Translations under genes and position numbers: made by a program | Notes under the pieces: generated by a model | The model's input: only the letters and a program-made list of their open reading frames with translations | Database searches by the model: none | Told to the model about the DNA's origin: nothing | Shown here: positions 38,215 to 51,160 of the stretch, piece by piece | How the letters are laid out: each line of letters starts with the position of its first letter | How positions within the stretch are numbered: the stretch's first letter is position 1 | Source of the DNA: Octopus vulgaris | Taxonomy: Eukaryota | NCBI GenBank assembly: GCA_951406725.2 | Contig: OX597814.1 | Coordinates: 170,190,001-170,254,000, forward strand | Direction: 5' to 3' | DNA: 64,000 bases

Positions 38215-39948
38215 TGAAGAAATTATAAGAAATGGGTGAATTCTAGGATTCAATGACTTACAGTATGTTCATGCAATTTCCAAAATTCTATGTTCTGATT
38301 TTATAAATCCTGAAAATGTCAACATTAACCTTTAACCAAGATAATTCATACTACTTGTTTGACAAAATGGTTGTGGTAAAATGTAGGATTACTTTTACTT
38401 ATTTAGTCCCTTTACTCTCTATGGAGGATAGGCCAACAACGACTTTTCTCCCCTGTTCTCTTTTTCCTAGGGGAAGGCCTTCTTCTCCCAGGCCTTGTTG
38501 GTTTTGGATTGTTATTGATAAATTGTCACTTTGTTTGTTTTTTTTCTAAGCAGGAGTACTGGCCCTACACAAATCCATTTTTACCACTGGGAAGAGGTGG
38601 TCCATATTATCCTGGCCTCTATCCTTTGACTTGTCCAGTATGGAAGGCCCTACCAGAAGCTTGTGCTCTGCTGGCATAACTCTTAGGGTCATTAGAGCAT
38701 ACAAGCAACCACAAGGACTGGACTTTGTGTTGGAATATTCAGAGTACCATTCTATAAACTAGTGGTGGTGGTGGTGGTGGTGATGATGATGATGATACAG
38801 TCATAGGGAATGCATATATGGATGCACATACATGCACACACAGCTTGGATAGATGAATACACATACACAGATTTCATACTGCTTTGTTTTTCTTTTATCT
38901 ATTGGGTGTGGAGGAAGGAGTAGTACCCATAGTTTTGTAGGCCTTCCTACATTCCTAGTTTGGGTGTATAAATACACTTGTATAGTAATAGGAAATGGAT
39001 ATAATGATGCACATATATACACATATAACTTGGATATATAAATACACATACACAAAGTTCATAGTGTTTTATTTTGTTTTTTTACACTTGCTGTGCAGCC
39101 CCTCCAAAACCAGTGACATTAATACCAGTAATATTCCACTCAAATATTAACAAGTAAACACCTGTAGAAAAGGCATAAAAGGTGTAAGGAAAAAGGAGGG
39201 GATTGCAAAAAAGATGATATATGAGAAAGAAAGGATTAAACAGGGATTAGCGTGAGAACTTGAGGCATTGGAAGCAAAAAGGTTGGTTAGAAGAGAAGAG
39301 ATGAATGGGACAGGAATAAATGATTGGAAAGTGGCAAGAGTTCAGCCAGCTCCAAGGAGTAAAAGCCATTATAGCTGTAGTAGAAAAGACACAGAGAGAG
39401 GAGAGAGTACATTCATGGGCCAGAGGCTGGAGCACGTCTGTGAGCGATTTTTTTGCTAGTCAGGTGGGTGGCCCTTTTCTAAATATTATGCGGGATGTCT
39501 GTGCTTGCAGCATCATTTAATATGGGTGGGGGGGCAATAAATACTCTCTTGGAGGTTTCATTTGAACCTTATAGAGTACCAGTAATTGTTGTGGGCTGAA
39601 GGATCTTCTGATGTAAAGAAAGGAACCATTTGCTGGGATGCAGTCAGAACTATGTTAAGGATGTGTGTGTGTGTGTGTTTGTGCATGTGTATAGAAAGTG
39701 CATGGTTTAGTTGTTAAGGTAATTAGGGTAATGAGTTTAATTTCTGGGGGCACATTGTGTCCTTGAGCAAAACACTTCTAGGCAAAAATGAGTTGTACCT
39801 ATAATTCACAGGGCTGGCCTTGTCACATTCATTAAGTGGGTACATGTCTCTGGAGTGCTCAGCTACTTGCATGTTAACTTCACAAGCAGGCTGTTCTGTT
39901 GATCCGATCAACTGGAACCCTCATCGTCATAACTGATAAAGTACCATT

Positions 39949-39982
<34 letters not shown>

Positions 39983-40144
39983 CATGATATATATTCACAC
40001 ACATACATGCAACCAGTTTCTGCAGAGTTTTCATCTCTCTAATTCTACTCACAACAACTGCAGAAGACATTTACTGAAAGAGCTTTGCAGTAGAATTTTA
40101 TCAGAGTGCAGAGCATACTCATAATTACACAGCCATATCCCTAT

Positions 40145-40520
40145 ACTTATGTATATATATATATATATATACACACACACGCACACACACACACATGCAT
40201 GTATTTATGCATATATATTTATATATACATATATATATATACACACACACATGCATCTATGCATATATATCTATATATACAGATATATATATATGCACAT
40301 ATATACACATATATATATGTATATACATATGTATGTGTGTGTATATATATATATATATATACACACACGCATGTATTTATGCATATATATTTATATATAC
40401 ATATATATATATACACACACACATGCATCTATGCATATATATCTATATATACAGATATATATATATATGCACATATATACACATATATATATGTATATAC
40501 ATATGTATGTGTGTGTATAT
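40145..40520. repeat. TA/CA-rich tract made of a tandem duplication of about 180 bp
   Basis: GCATGTATTTATGC...GCATCTATGC...ACAGAT...GTATGTGTGTGT occurs twice. Confidence 0.85.
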
Positions 40521-40655
40521 AAAGCATAACAAATGCGCAACCGGTAAAAAGAACTTTCACCTAATTAAATTACTTAAATTACTTCAATTATTTGTCAGCA
40601 TTTTCTTCATTTCCTTTTTTATATATCACCACTCGTGTTCGACATCTCCTTTTTT

Positions 40656-40707
<52 letters not shown>

Positions 40708-41183
40708 TTTATTCATTAAATAAATAAAATTACGAGAACCAAAGAACTTGATAAAAAATTCCAATACCTGTTTGTAGGAGGACCTTGGTAATCCAATATC
40801 TACTTTCCAGATATTGGATTACTGGTTAGAATCCAATATGTGGTATACAGTAGTTAACAAAATTCATTACAGTAATTAAAATACATTTTTTCAATCATTA
40901 TTCTCTGGCTGCCTTCATTAAATACAGAACCTTAAATAAAGAGAATATAATTAAGGTGAAAAAGGTAATTATATACTTCAGCAGAATTGAATTTCCATAA
41001 TTGAGTGAGAACTACAGTGGAAACTTTGGAAAACCAGAAGAGCAACACATCTGGTACTTAATCCATATGCTAACGTTGACTCAATATAATTGGCATTACT
41101 AAAAGGTAAATTTAAGCAAATAATTGTATATAGCTTCGTGGTGGCCTAATGGAAAAGAACATTATCAGTCTAAATTAAGCTAA

Positions 41184-41221
<38 letters not shown>

Positions 41222-41435
41222 ACGTGCATGCACATGGTTTCTATGGCATTAGGAATGACATCAAGCCATAGAAACCACGCTATATCAGACTGAACCAGAT
41301 GCAGCACTCCAGCTTACCAGTTCAAGTCAAACTGTCTAATTCATGCCAGCATGGAAAACAGACATTAAATGATGATGATGATATATATGCATATATATGT
41401 GTGTGTGTTGGATGTAGAGATTGTTTAAAGTGTTA

Positions 41436-41827
41436 GGCGCAGGAGTGGCTGTGTGGTAAGTAGCTTGCTTACAAACTACATGGTTCCAGGTTCAGTCCCA
41501 CTGCGTGGCATCTTGGGCAAGTGTCTTCTACTATAGCTTCAGGCCGACCAAAACCTTGTGAGTGGGTTTGGTAGACGGAAACTTAAAGAAGCCCTTCATA
41601 TATATGTATATGTATATGTGTGTGTGTTTGTGTGTCTGTGTTTGTCCCCCCAACACTGCTTGACAACCGATGCTTGTGTGTTTACATCCCCGTAATTTAG
41701 CAGTTCAGCAAAAGAGACCGATAGAATAAGTATTAGGCTTACAAAGAATAAGTCCTGGGGTCAATTTGCTCGACTAAAGGCAGTGCTCCAGCATGGCCAC
41801 AGTCAATGACTGAAACAAGTAAAAGAG
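41436..41827 (+). mobile_element. tRNA-derived CORE-like SINE with internal microsatellite (representative). Other copies about 10064-10466(+), 14353-14773(-), 46045-46432(-), 47330-47732(-), 49143-49543(-), 49888-50298(+), 63075-63437(-); partials about 995-1205, 1665-1826, 7640-7810, 17335-17582, 36060-36230, 60950-61190
   Basis: A box TGGCTGTGTGG, B box GGTTCAGTCCC, CORE-like CTTGGGCAAGT, (TA)n(TG)n linker, tail CAGCATGGCC(A/G)CAGTCAAATGACTGAAACAAG(TAAAAGAG)n. Confidence 0.88.
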
Positions 41828-42283
41828 AGATTTTATATATCAAGAAACAGGAGGTAGCCAGAATTTTCAATAATTATCAGCCAGGGACCCCTGACTGGTT
41901 CCCAAGCCAGTGGCATGTAAAAAGCCCTATCCAAATGCAATCGATGCCAGGCCCACCTGACTGGCCCTCTACACCCTCAGAATGGTTAGTGTTAGGAAGG
42001 GCATCGAGCTGTAGAAACATTGCCTGATCAGATAGGAGCCTGGTGCAGCCACTGGCTTTCCAGACCTCAGTCAAACCGTTAAGCCATGCCAGCATGGAAA
42101 ATGGACATTAAACAAAGATGATGATGATGATGATGATGATTCATCTCATTTCAGACATTCATTGGGAATTATTGTTTTTACAGAAAATATATGTTAGTTC
42201 AAAATATCTGGAGTTAAATTGGGAAGAGAATATTCTTTGTTATTTTGAATCTGTTTATGTGTGTGTGTGTGTGTGTATATATA

Positions 42284-42733
42284 TGGAGAGAAGACGGGGG
42301 AGGTATGCAGTAATATATGTCTGGAAGATCCTGGAAGGAATTGTGCCAAATTTTGGCATTGTAAGCAACACCAATGCTAGAACGGGACGACACTGCATAG
42401 TGCCAAAGATCCCAGCAATGCCATCATGCTTCAGGACCAGCTTCTGCAACAGCCTGGGTTTCAAGGGCCCACAGCTTTTTTATATTCTCCCAAAGAATCT
42501 GAGGAACTTGCACAAAGTAGATGTAGCGGTTTTTAAATCAAGGCTGGACATCTTCCTGTCAAGAGTCCCAGATGAACCTACCTCACGGCAAGAGGTGCAA
42601 ATGAGAGTAGCTGTATCAAACTCCATTCTTCACCAAGTGCCACATATTAGACGAGGTTCGTCGCAATAACAGTGTAGCACAAACCGGCCGTGCATCAGCA
42701 TGGCCGCAGCTCTGAGCTGAAACTAGAAAAAAA
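42284..42733 (+). mobile_element. CR1-group LINE ORF2 C-terminus and short 3' UTR
   Basis: ERRRGRYAVIYVWKILEGIVPN...KGPQLFYILPKNLRN...FKSRLDIFLSRVPDEP, stop at 42669, then a stem-loop and A-rich tail. Clade judged from motif resemblance only. Confidence 0.75.
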
Positions 42734-43227
42734 ATATATATATATATATAGCATCCTCATCACTATCATGGTTTAACGTCTGCCTTCCATGCTTGATGGG
42801 TTGGACAGTTTGACAGGAGCCAGCCAGGCAGGAGCCAGCCAGGCAGGAGCCAGCCAGGCAGGAGCCTGCACCGGACTTCTGTATCTGTTTTGACAGGGAT
42901 TTTTCAGCTACAAGGGCCTTCCTAAAACCAACCACCCAGCAGAGTGGACTGAGTGCTTTTTACACGGCACAAGCACAGGTGAGGTCAGTTTTAGCATGGT
43001 TTTTACAGCTGGATGCCCTTCCAAATGCCAACCACTTTGCAGTGTCGAGTGGATGCTTTTTACAACCATATATATATATATATACTGTGTATGTGTGTGT
43101 GTATACAAGTATGTGTGTGTATGTAAGAATGTGTGTGTGCAAGTATGCGTGTGTGTGTGTGTGTGGAAATGAGATGGAAACACTAAATAAATTATCCAAA
43201 ATTCTGACCATCTCCTTTATCTCAGTA

Positions 43228-43263
<36 letters not shown>

Positions 43264-43361
43264 TGTATGTGTGTGTGTATATAAATGTGTGTGTGTGTGT
43301 ATATATAAATATGTGTGTGTGTAAGTGTGTATGTGTGAGTATGTATGTATATGCATATACG

Positions 43362-43505
43362 TATTTGAAAAAAATGAATAGAAATGGTTTTTCTAATAAT
43401 TTTTCCACTTTAATAATTAGATGTTTTTTGTAAACTGATAAACATCTAATTATCAAAGTGGAAAAATTATCAGAAAAGCTATTTCTATTCATCTTTTTTC
43501 AAATA
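43362..43505. repeat. Imperfect palindrome of about 144 bp
   Basis: ATAATTTTTCCACTTTAATAATTAGATGTTT versus AAACATCTAATTATCAAAGTGGAAAAATTAT, extended by TTTGAAAAAA.ATGAATAGAAAT arms. Confidence 0.85.
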
Positions 43506-43589
43506 TATAATACTGTACCAAGGATTTCCTATTTCTTATTCTACTATATATATATATATATATACTCACACACACACACATATATATAT

Positions 43590-43795
43590 GTGACCGCGTG
43601 TGTACCGTTGGTGATTTTTTTTCCTCTGTCTTCCCTTCTCTGGATCTTTCCTTCTCCTATGTTTCCAACGAAGAGCTCCGCTCGAAATGTTAAACCCTCC
43701 TTCTTTCCTTCCTTCTTGAGCGTCCAATAATACTATATTTGTTCCACGTCCTCGCGTTGTTGTGTTTTTTTGTGCTTTCATGTTTGGATTAACTA
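43590..43795 (+). mobile_element. About 210-bp repeat with a hammerhead-like fold, probable Penelope-like terminal repeat remnant; second copy about 15245-15460(-), related repeat about 15690-15880(-)
   Basis: Two clearly homologous copies flanked by (TA)n; fold described in findings. No PLE ORF seen. Confidence 0.5.
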
Positions 43796-44899
43796 TATAT
43801 ATATGCATGTGTGTGTGTGTGTGTGCCTTTTGCTAATACACACATAAATGAGAAAGCCATGAAAAAAAATACATGTTTTTCAAATAGAAATAACCTGAAT
43901 AGTATTTGTTCTGCCCAAGTTGTACAGATAATCTTTTGTGGCTGTCACTCTTAGAAATGCACTGACACAGTGATTGGTCTATTGGAAACCTATATCTAAC
44001 AACACCATTCTTCATAAAATGCCAGATACAAAATTAAATACACATATTATGAAGTAGGGAAATGAGCCAAACAACAAACTTTCCCTAGCATGAAGATATT
44101 GATTTCTGCTGACTGCAAGAGAGCCACCCATTCCCAAACAGGCCTGGACTGAGCCAAAGAAGCTACTTGAAGTGAAACTGGAAGTGATAGATAATTAGGA
44201 AAGACTTTTGACAGTGTACAAGCACTGGAGTGATGAGAACAGATAGCTGCTGCTTGAACCTGTTGGCACGATTCTGAGTGTTTCATGCTCTGCAAAACAC
44301 AGCGCCTTCTAAGTCAAATGAAATCTTATTAGTTCTTTTAACCCTTTTGCTACCAACCTGCATGAGATTACCCCTGGTCCTGTAATAGAAACTCTGCTTT
44401 AAAGGGATCCAAATTAAGATCTTCCATCAAAATTTCATGTTAATTTGTTCCAAATACAAAGGTTTTAAAGGTTCAAATTTTGACACTAGGCCAGTAATTT
44501 AGAGACAAGATATAAGTCAATTACATTGACCACAGCATTAAACTGGTGCTCATTTTATCGACCCCAAAGGATTAAAGGCAAAGTTGACCTCAACAGAATT
44601 TGAACTCAGAACATATAGATGGGTAAAATGCCATCCTAGCATTTAGCCCAGTGTGCTAATGATTCTTATTTCTTTATTGCCCACAAGAGGCTAAACATAG
44701 AGGAGACAAACAAGGACAGACAAAGAGATTAAGTCGATTACACCGACCCCAGTGCATAACTGGTACTTAATTTATCGACCCCAAAAGGATGAAAGGCTAA
44801 GTCAACCTCGGCAGAATTTGAACTTAGAACATACCAGCAGACGAAATACCGCTAAGCATTTCATCCAGCGTGCTAATGATTCTGCCAGCTCGCCGCCAG

Positions 44900-46030
44900 C
44901 TTGGCTTGAATAATCTGTCTTGCCATTCTTTCCTGTGACATTCTAATTATATGTCCATAATACCAGAGCTGTCACTGTTGAATGCAGAAAAGAAACAGTT
45001 CAACCTGGAGAGTCTTCCTGATCTCCAAGCTATACCACCTGTCAAGTAATGTTACTCTGGAGATCCTTTGAAGGAACCCTAATTCTGCCACTTGTATTTG
45101 AAATTGTAATCTTTCAGTCACCACCCAACATTTATGACCATAAATAAGGATTGGCACAAAATCTGAGCTGGAGATGGCAACTTTGGATTTTTTTACCAAC
45201 TTCTCCACTTTTGAGGATCAAATTCTCGAGTTGGCACATTACTGTGCCAGCACATGCAATTGTAACATCGTATTCAACCTCCTGCTTCCCAGCACTTGTG
45301 GATAAAAGGATCCCATGTTCTTAAACTTCTCCACTTGCCTCAGTTATCTTCCACTAACATGCAGAGTGCAAGACTTTTTGACAGAACCAATATTTCAGTC
45401 TTCATAACATTAATTCTTATCTCTTCCTTGCAGCACTCACCAGTGAACTTATTCAGTGCACATTGGAGATTGCATTCTGATAAGCCAAGTAGCATCATGT
45501 TGTCTGCAAATATCAGCCAATCAATTCTATGCCTGTCCCAATTGTGATACCAGTTCCACAACAGCTGCACATGTCAATCCAGTTTATGAAAATTATGAAA
45601 TGGAGAGACTACAATACATACTCCTGCTAAAGTACAACCCAGAAAGAAAGGTTTCAATTTAGCATCATTTACCCAAGCACAAACATATAGGCATTCATAA
45701 AGGGACTTCACAGAAACCAGAAGTTGTTCATTAGCCCCAAACTCCTGTAAAACTCTCCAAGGCATGTCCTGTGGCATGCAGTAATACGTCTTTTCAAGGT
45801 CTACAAAGCAAATATACACTACATAGCAATTTTCCAATAATTTCTTGATGACATATCAAGTGAATATCTGGTTGGTTCTGTTTTGCAAGCTTGGATTCAA
45901 CATTCTCCCTGTATCTACTTTCCAGAAATCTGGCATAAACTTTACTGGGAAGCTCAACAAGGAGATTTCTCTATAATTAGGACACTTTCTCTTGTCTCCC
46001 TTTTTAAAAATTGGGGATTATCACAGTAAC
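44900..46030 (-). mobile_element. Degenerate RTE-like LINE reverse transcriptase fragment
   Basis: Minus-strand ORF pieces: YICFVDLEKTY, LIFADNMMLL, INVMKTEIL, FVPILIYGHKCW...ELGFLQRISRVT. Confidence 0.8.
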
Positions 46031-46697
46031 AGAGGAATACTCTTTTATACTTTTACTTGTTTCAGTTATTTGACTGCAGCCATGCTGGAGCACCGCCTTC
46101 AGTTGAGCAAATGATCCCAGGACGTATTCTTTGTAAGCCTAGTACTTATTCTATCATTCTCTTTTTGCCGAGCCGCTAAGTTACAGGAACATAAACACAC
46201 CAGCATCGTTTGTCAGGCAATGCTGGGAGGGACAAACACACACACATATATGTACATATACATATATACAACAGGCTTCTTTCAGTTTCCATCTACCAAA
46301 TCTACTCACAAGGCTTTGGTCAGCCCGAGGCTATAGAAGAAGACACTTGCCCAAGATGCTCTGCAGTGGAACTGAACCCGGAACCATGTGGTTGGTAAGC
46401 AAGCTACTTACCACACAGCCACTCTTGCACCTATGTATGTATAAACTTCATGGCTTAGTATGTTGAGGCATGATTAAACAAAGTTTACATGGCTGTTACC
46501 AGTTCCTGCTTATTTTATTTTTGAGACTATTTTCTCTTAGCTTCTATTCAGATTAAATTCTCAGAAAGAATATCTTGCATGCCACAGAAAATTTAGCTGT
46601 CTAAAACTTAGAAGAGAAAAATTGCCAAAGAAAGAAATGAAGAAATGCTGCAGTATTGCAATGACTCAATGCCTTTCATAATTTTCCTTTCATTATT

Positions 46698-46732
<35 letters not shown>

Positions 46733-48117
46733 AATCATCATCGTTTAACATCCGCTTTCCATGCTAGCATGGGTTGGACGATTTGACTGAGGACTGGTGA
46801 ACCAGATGGCTGCACCAGGCTACAATCTTGATTTGGCAGAGTTTCTACCGCTGGATGCCCTTCCTAACGCCAACCACTCCAAGAGTGTAGTGGGTGCTTT
46901 TACATGCCACCGGCACGTGGGCCAGTCAGGCAGTACTGGCAACGGTCATGAAAAATCATGTTTTTTTTGGCGGGGAGGGTTTACGTGTCGTTGCATAAAA
47001 GGAAAAATTATAAGCTAATGAAACTAGCCACACTCACAGGTACATCTACTCAGCTTATTGAAGATGAAGAATCACCACATCCAATTGACATGAATAGTGA
47101 AGCACCATCTTGGGAGCCAGCCATGTGATTTTCTGCCAGAGAAAAGGTCAAAATCAGCTATTCTCTTATCTAGCCTATCAAAGGGTGCAGTTTATTATTT
47201 TTACTGTGTACATTGATGTCAAGCTGATGTGTTAGGTTTTCCAACAAGGATGGCTTTAAACATTGGGAAAAAAGGAGAGGAAGAAATAGAAACACATGAA
47301 CAAAGCCAAAACATCAGAGATTTTGTGTTGCTCTTTTACTCTTTTACTTGTTTCAGCCATTTGACTGTGGCCATGCTGGAGCACCGCCTTTAGTCGAGCA
47401 AATCGACCCCAGGACTTATTCTTTGTAAGCCTAGTAATTATTCTATCTGTCTCTTTTGCCAAACTGCTAAGTTACGGAGACATAAACACACCAGCATCGG
47501 TTGTCAAGCGATGTTGGGGGGACAAACACAGATGCAGAAACATACACACACACACACCCATACATACATATATACGATGGGCTTCTTTCAGTTTCCGTCT
47601 ACCAAATCCACTCACAAGGCTTTTGGTCAGCCCGAGACTATAGTAGAAGACACTTGCGCAAGGTGTCAGGCAGTGGGACTAAACCCAGAACCATGTGGTT
47701 GGCAAGCAAGCTACTTACCACACAGCCACTCTTTCCTTACATAAAATATTGCTGTGCAATGTTTTATATAAGGAATGTTCTCTCATGCAAACAGGGAATT
47801 GGAAAAACAAGTGCAGGAAAACAAGAAATACTGGAGTGATGCCTAGTATTTTGTTTGTAGCTTATTTCTAGCTGAGAGACATCTGGCATTTAGCCCTTTA
47901 ATATTTACACTGGCTATATTCAGCCAAAATATTTTCACCTGCTTTATATTGAAACTGGTCTGGTCCTGCCTCTCACACCTGCCCTACACTGTAAGTGTAG
48001 AAATAAACAAATCATATCATCAAATTCTTGAAGTTACAAGATAATGCATGCTTAACTAAAAACAATGTGAATAAATAAGCATTACATTTGACAAAGTAAT
48101 CTGAGCACTAAAGGTTA

Positions 48118-51100
48118 GAAATAGTGAAGGGGTCGTAAGATCTAAGCACAATGGGTATTTTTTTAGGAATTATGGAACTTATTGCACAATATAATCCATT
48201 ACTAATAGGTCACTCAAAAGCATCAGGCAGTCAGCTGGCAGAAACGTTAGCATGCCAGGCGAAATGCTTAGCGGTATTTCGTCTGCCGTTACGTTCTGAG
48301 TTCAAATTCCGCCGAGGTCGACTTTGGCTTTCATCCTTTTGGGGTTGATTAAATAAGTACCAGTCGCGCACTGGGGTCGATGTAATCGACCTGATCCCTC
48401 TGTCTGTCCTTGTTTGTCCACTCTGTGTTTAGCCCCTTGTGGGTAGTAAAGAAATAGGTATTTTGTCTGTCTTTACGTTCTGAGTTCAAATTCCGCCGAG
48501 GTCGACTTTGCCTTTCATCCTTTTGGGGTCGATAAATTAAGTACCAGTCACGCACTTGGGTCATTGTAATCAACTTAATCCCTTAGTCTATCCTTCTTTG
48601 TCCTCTCTGTGTTTAGCCCCTTGTGGGTAGTAAAGAAATAGGTATTTCGTCTGTCTTTATGTTCTGAGTTCAAATTCCATCATGGTCGACTTTGCCTTTC
48701 ATCCTTTCAGAGTCGATAAATTAAGTACCAGTCGTGCACTGGGATCAATGTAATCGACTTTGTCTGTCGTTGTATGTCCTCTCTATGTTTAACCCCTTGT
48801 GGGCAATAAAGAAATAAGAAATAAAAGCATCTGGCAATCCTGGAAGTAGTATGCCATCATACTAATAACCTACCATTTACGAAGAAATTGTTGTGTTAAA
48901 TACAAAATATGTAAATCATATTCTGGCAGAACTTAAAACTACCAAGTATTTCTTATTTTTTGTAGATTTAGCATCAGGCTGGGCTCATTGTTTCTGGGAA
49001 GCTGATAGAAAGGTTTTTATTTTCCTGCAAACTGGTTCTCACAAAGTAGAAATAATGGCTACATCTCTGCCAGAATTTCTGAAAATAGAGGGTATCAATT
49101 TTGAAGACCGTAGAAGCAGTTCCATGACAACACCAATTATATACTCTTTACTCTTTTACTCTTTTACTCTTTTACTTGTTTCAGTCATTTTGACTGTGGC
49201 CATGCTGGAGCACTGCCTTTAGTCAAGCAAATCAACCCCAGGACTTATTCTTTGTAAGCCTAGTACTTATTCTATCAGTCTCTTTTGCTGAACCGCTAAG
49301 TTACGGGGACGTAAACACACCAGCATCGGTTGTCAAGCGATGTTGGGGGGACAAACACAGACACACAAACACACATACATATATACATATATACGATGAG
49401 CTTCTTTCCAAATCCACTCTCAAGGCTTTGGTCGGCCCGAGGCTATAGTAGAAGACACTTGCCCAAGGTGCCACACAGTGGGACTGAACCTGGAGCCATG
49501 TGGTTGGTAAGCAAGCTACTTACCACACAGCCACTCCTATGCCTATATGTGCAGTCATTACACAGAAATGCAAGCCAGACTTAAGAAAAAGAATGTGGGT
49601 GCAGTTTTCATTCCCAGTACTGCTCACTCATTGAATCTTGTTCAACGATTTGCTATTTCTTGTTGTGTTGATGTTAGCTATTTTGGTTACAAGCAAAGGT
49701 TGCACACATTTTTTTCTGTGTTGACACGTGGATGGGCAAATTTAATGAAATTTTGGAAAAGAAATAAAAAAGCACTAACTTTGAAGTCTTTGTCAGGAAT
49801 TCACTTGTCTGCAAGAACTGATGCTACTGAAGCTCTCATTGCATTTGAAATGCACTCAGATATTTTGAAGATGATATGGAACAAACAGGTGTAGGAGTGG
49901 CTGTGTGGTAAGTAACTTGCTTACCAACCACATGGTTCCAGGTTCAGTCCCACTATGTGGCACCTTGGGCAAGTGTCTTCTACTATAGCCTCAGGCCAAC
50001 CAAAGCCTTGTGAGTGGATTTGGTAGACGGAAACTGAAAGAAGCCCATCGTATATATGTATATATATGTGTGTATGTGTGTGTGTATATGTTTGTGTCTG
50101 TGTTTTTCCCCCCAACATCGCTTGACAACTGATTCTGGTATGTTTACGTTCCCGTAACTTAGCGGTTCAGCAGAAGAGACTGATAGAATAAGTACTAGGC
50201 TTACAATGAATAGGTCCTGGGGTCGATTTGCTCAACTAAAGGCAGTGCTCCAGCATGGCCACAGTCAAATGACTGAAACAAGTAAAAGAGTAAAAGAGAT
50301 GAAGCAAGATATGAAACTCAGTCATTGGCAGAGAAAATGGATTGTCTTGAAACTACTCTGAATATTAAGATCTGGAATTTAATTCTTGTAAGCTTTTCAA
50401 AGAGTTGCAGTTGATCTGAATAAAGTGGTGGTTCTAACTGGTTCTTTGGAAAAATTACTGTAATTCCTTCAGGGTAAGTATGAAATGTTAGAAGTAGATG
50501 CCAGGAATATATGTGGAAACACAGATTACAAAGCAACAACGCATAGGCCAAAGAAAAATAAACATAATGCACATCCTACATCAGCCTGAGGGAAAGTTGT
50601 CCTTTCTGGAAGAGAAAAATTCAGATGCGGGACTTCCAATGTAATTTTAGATAAGTTGTTTGCTACCTTATAAAATTACAGGGCAGCCTATATATCAGTG
50701 CATGATAAGTTCAAAGTTATTATGAACTTGCGTAGTTTATGATGCGGAGATAAGAACTGAAGCTGATAAGTTCATCAGTGCTTTCCTCTGTGATTTTAGT
50801 AATGAGTTCAGAGAAGAAATTGCTGTTTACAGCCTTTTGTAAGCTCAGGTAATGTTTCACCCTATCTCAACAGCGACTTTTAATCCATAATGAAGAGCTT
50901 GCTGAAAACTTCTTTGCTGTTTATGTAGTTCTTAGAATGTATTTGAGCTTGATGGTCATTTGTTGTTCAGGAGAGAGGTCATTCAGTAAAGTGGGACTGA
51001 TAAAAAGAATTATCCGAGAACTGCAATGCAGCATGAAAGACTAATTATTTTTTGCCTTCTGGATGTAGAGAGCTGTGTTCTAAAGATGATACAGCTTAAG

Positions 51101-51160
51101 GAAATCATTAACGATTTTTTTGGATGTCAAGTGTAGAAAAAAAGATATTTTTTGTAGGTA
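48118..51160 (+). mobile_element. hAT transposase fossil interrupted by three SINE insertions
   Basis: NGYFLGIMELIAQYNPLL; KYFLFFVD; MQARLKKKNVGAVFIPSTAHSLNLV (CxxH-like); LKSLSGIHLSAR (TRW-like); LRMYLSLMVICCSGERSFSK (hAT dimerisation domain, about 50930-50990). Many stops and frameshifts. Confidence 0.85.

Noticed and set aside
42814-42866. 15-bp tandem CAGGAGCCAGCCAGG x3.5
   Set aside because: Local slippage inside an RTE-tail repeat with no evident function.
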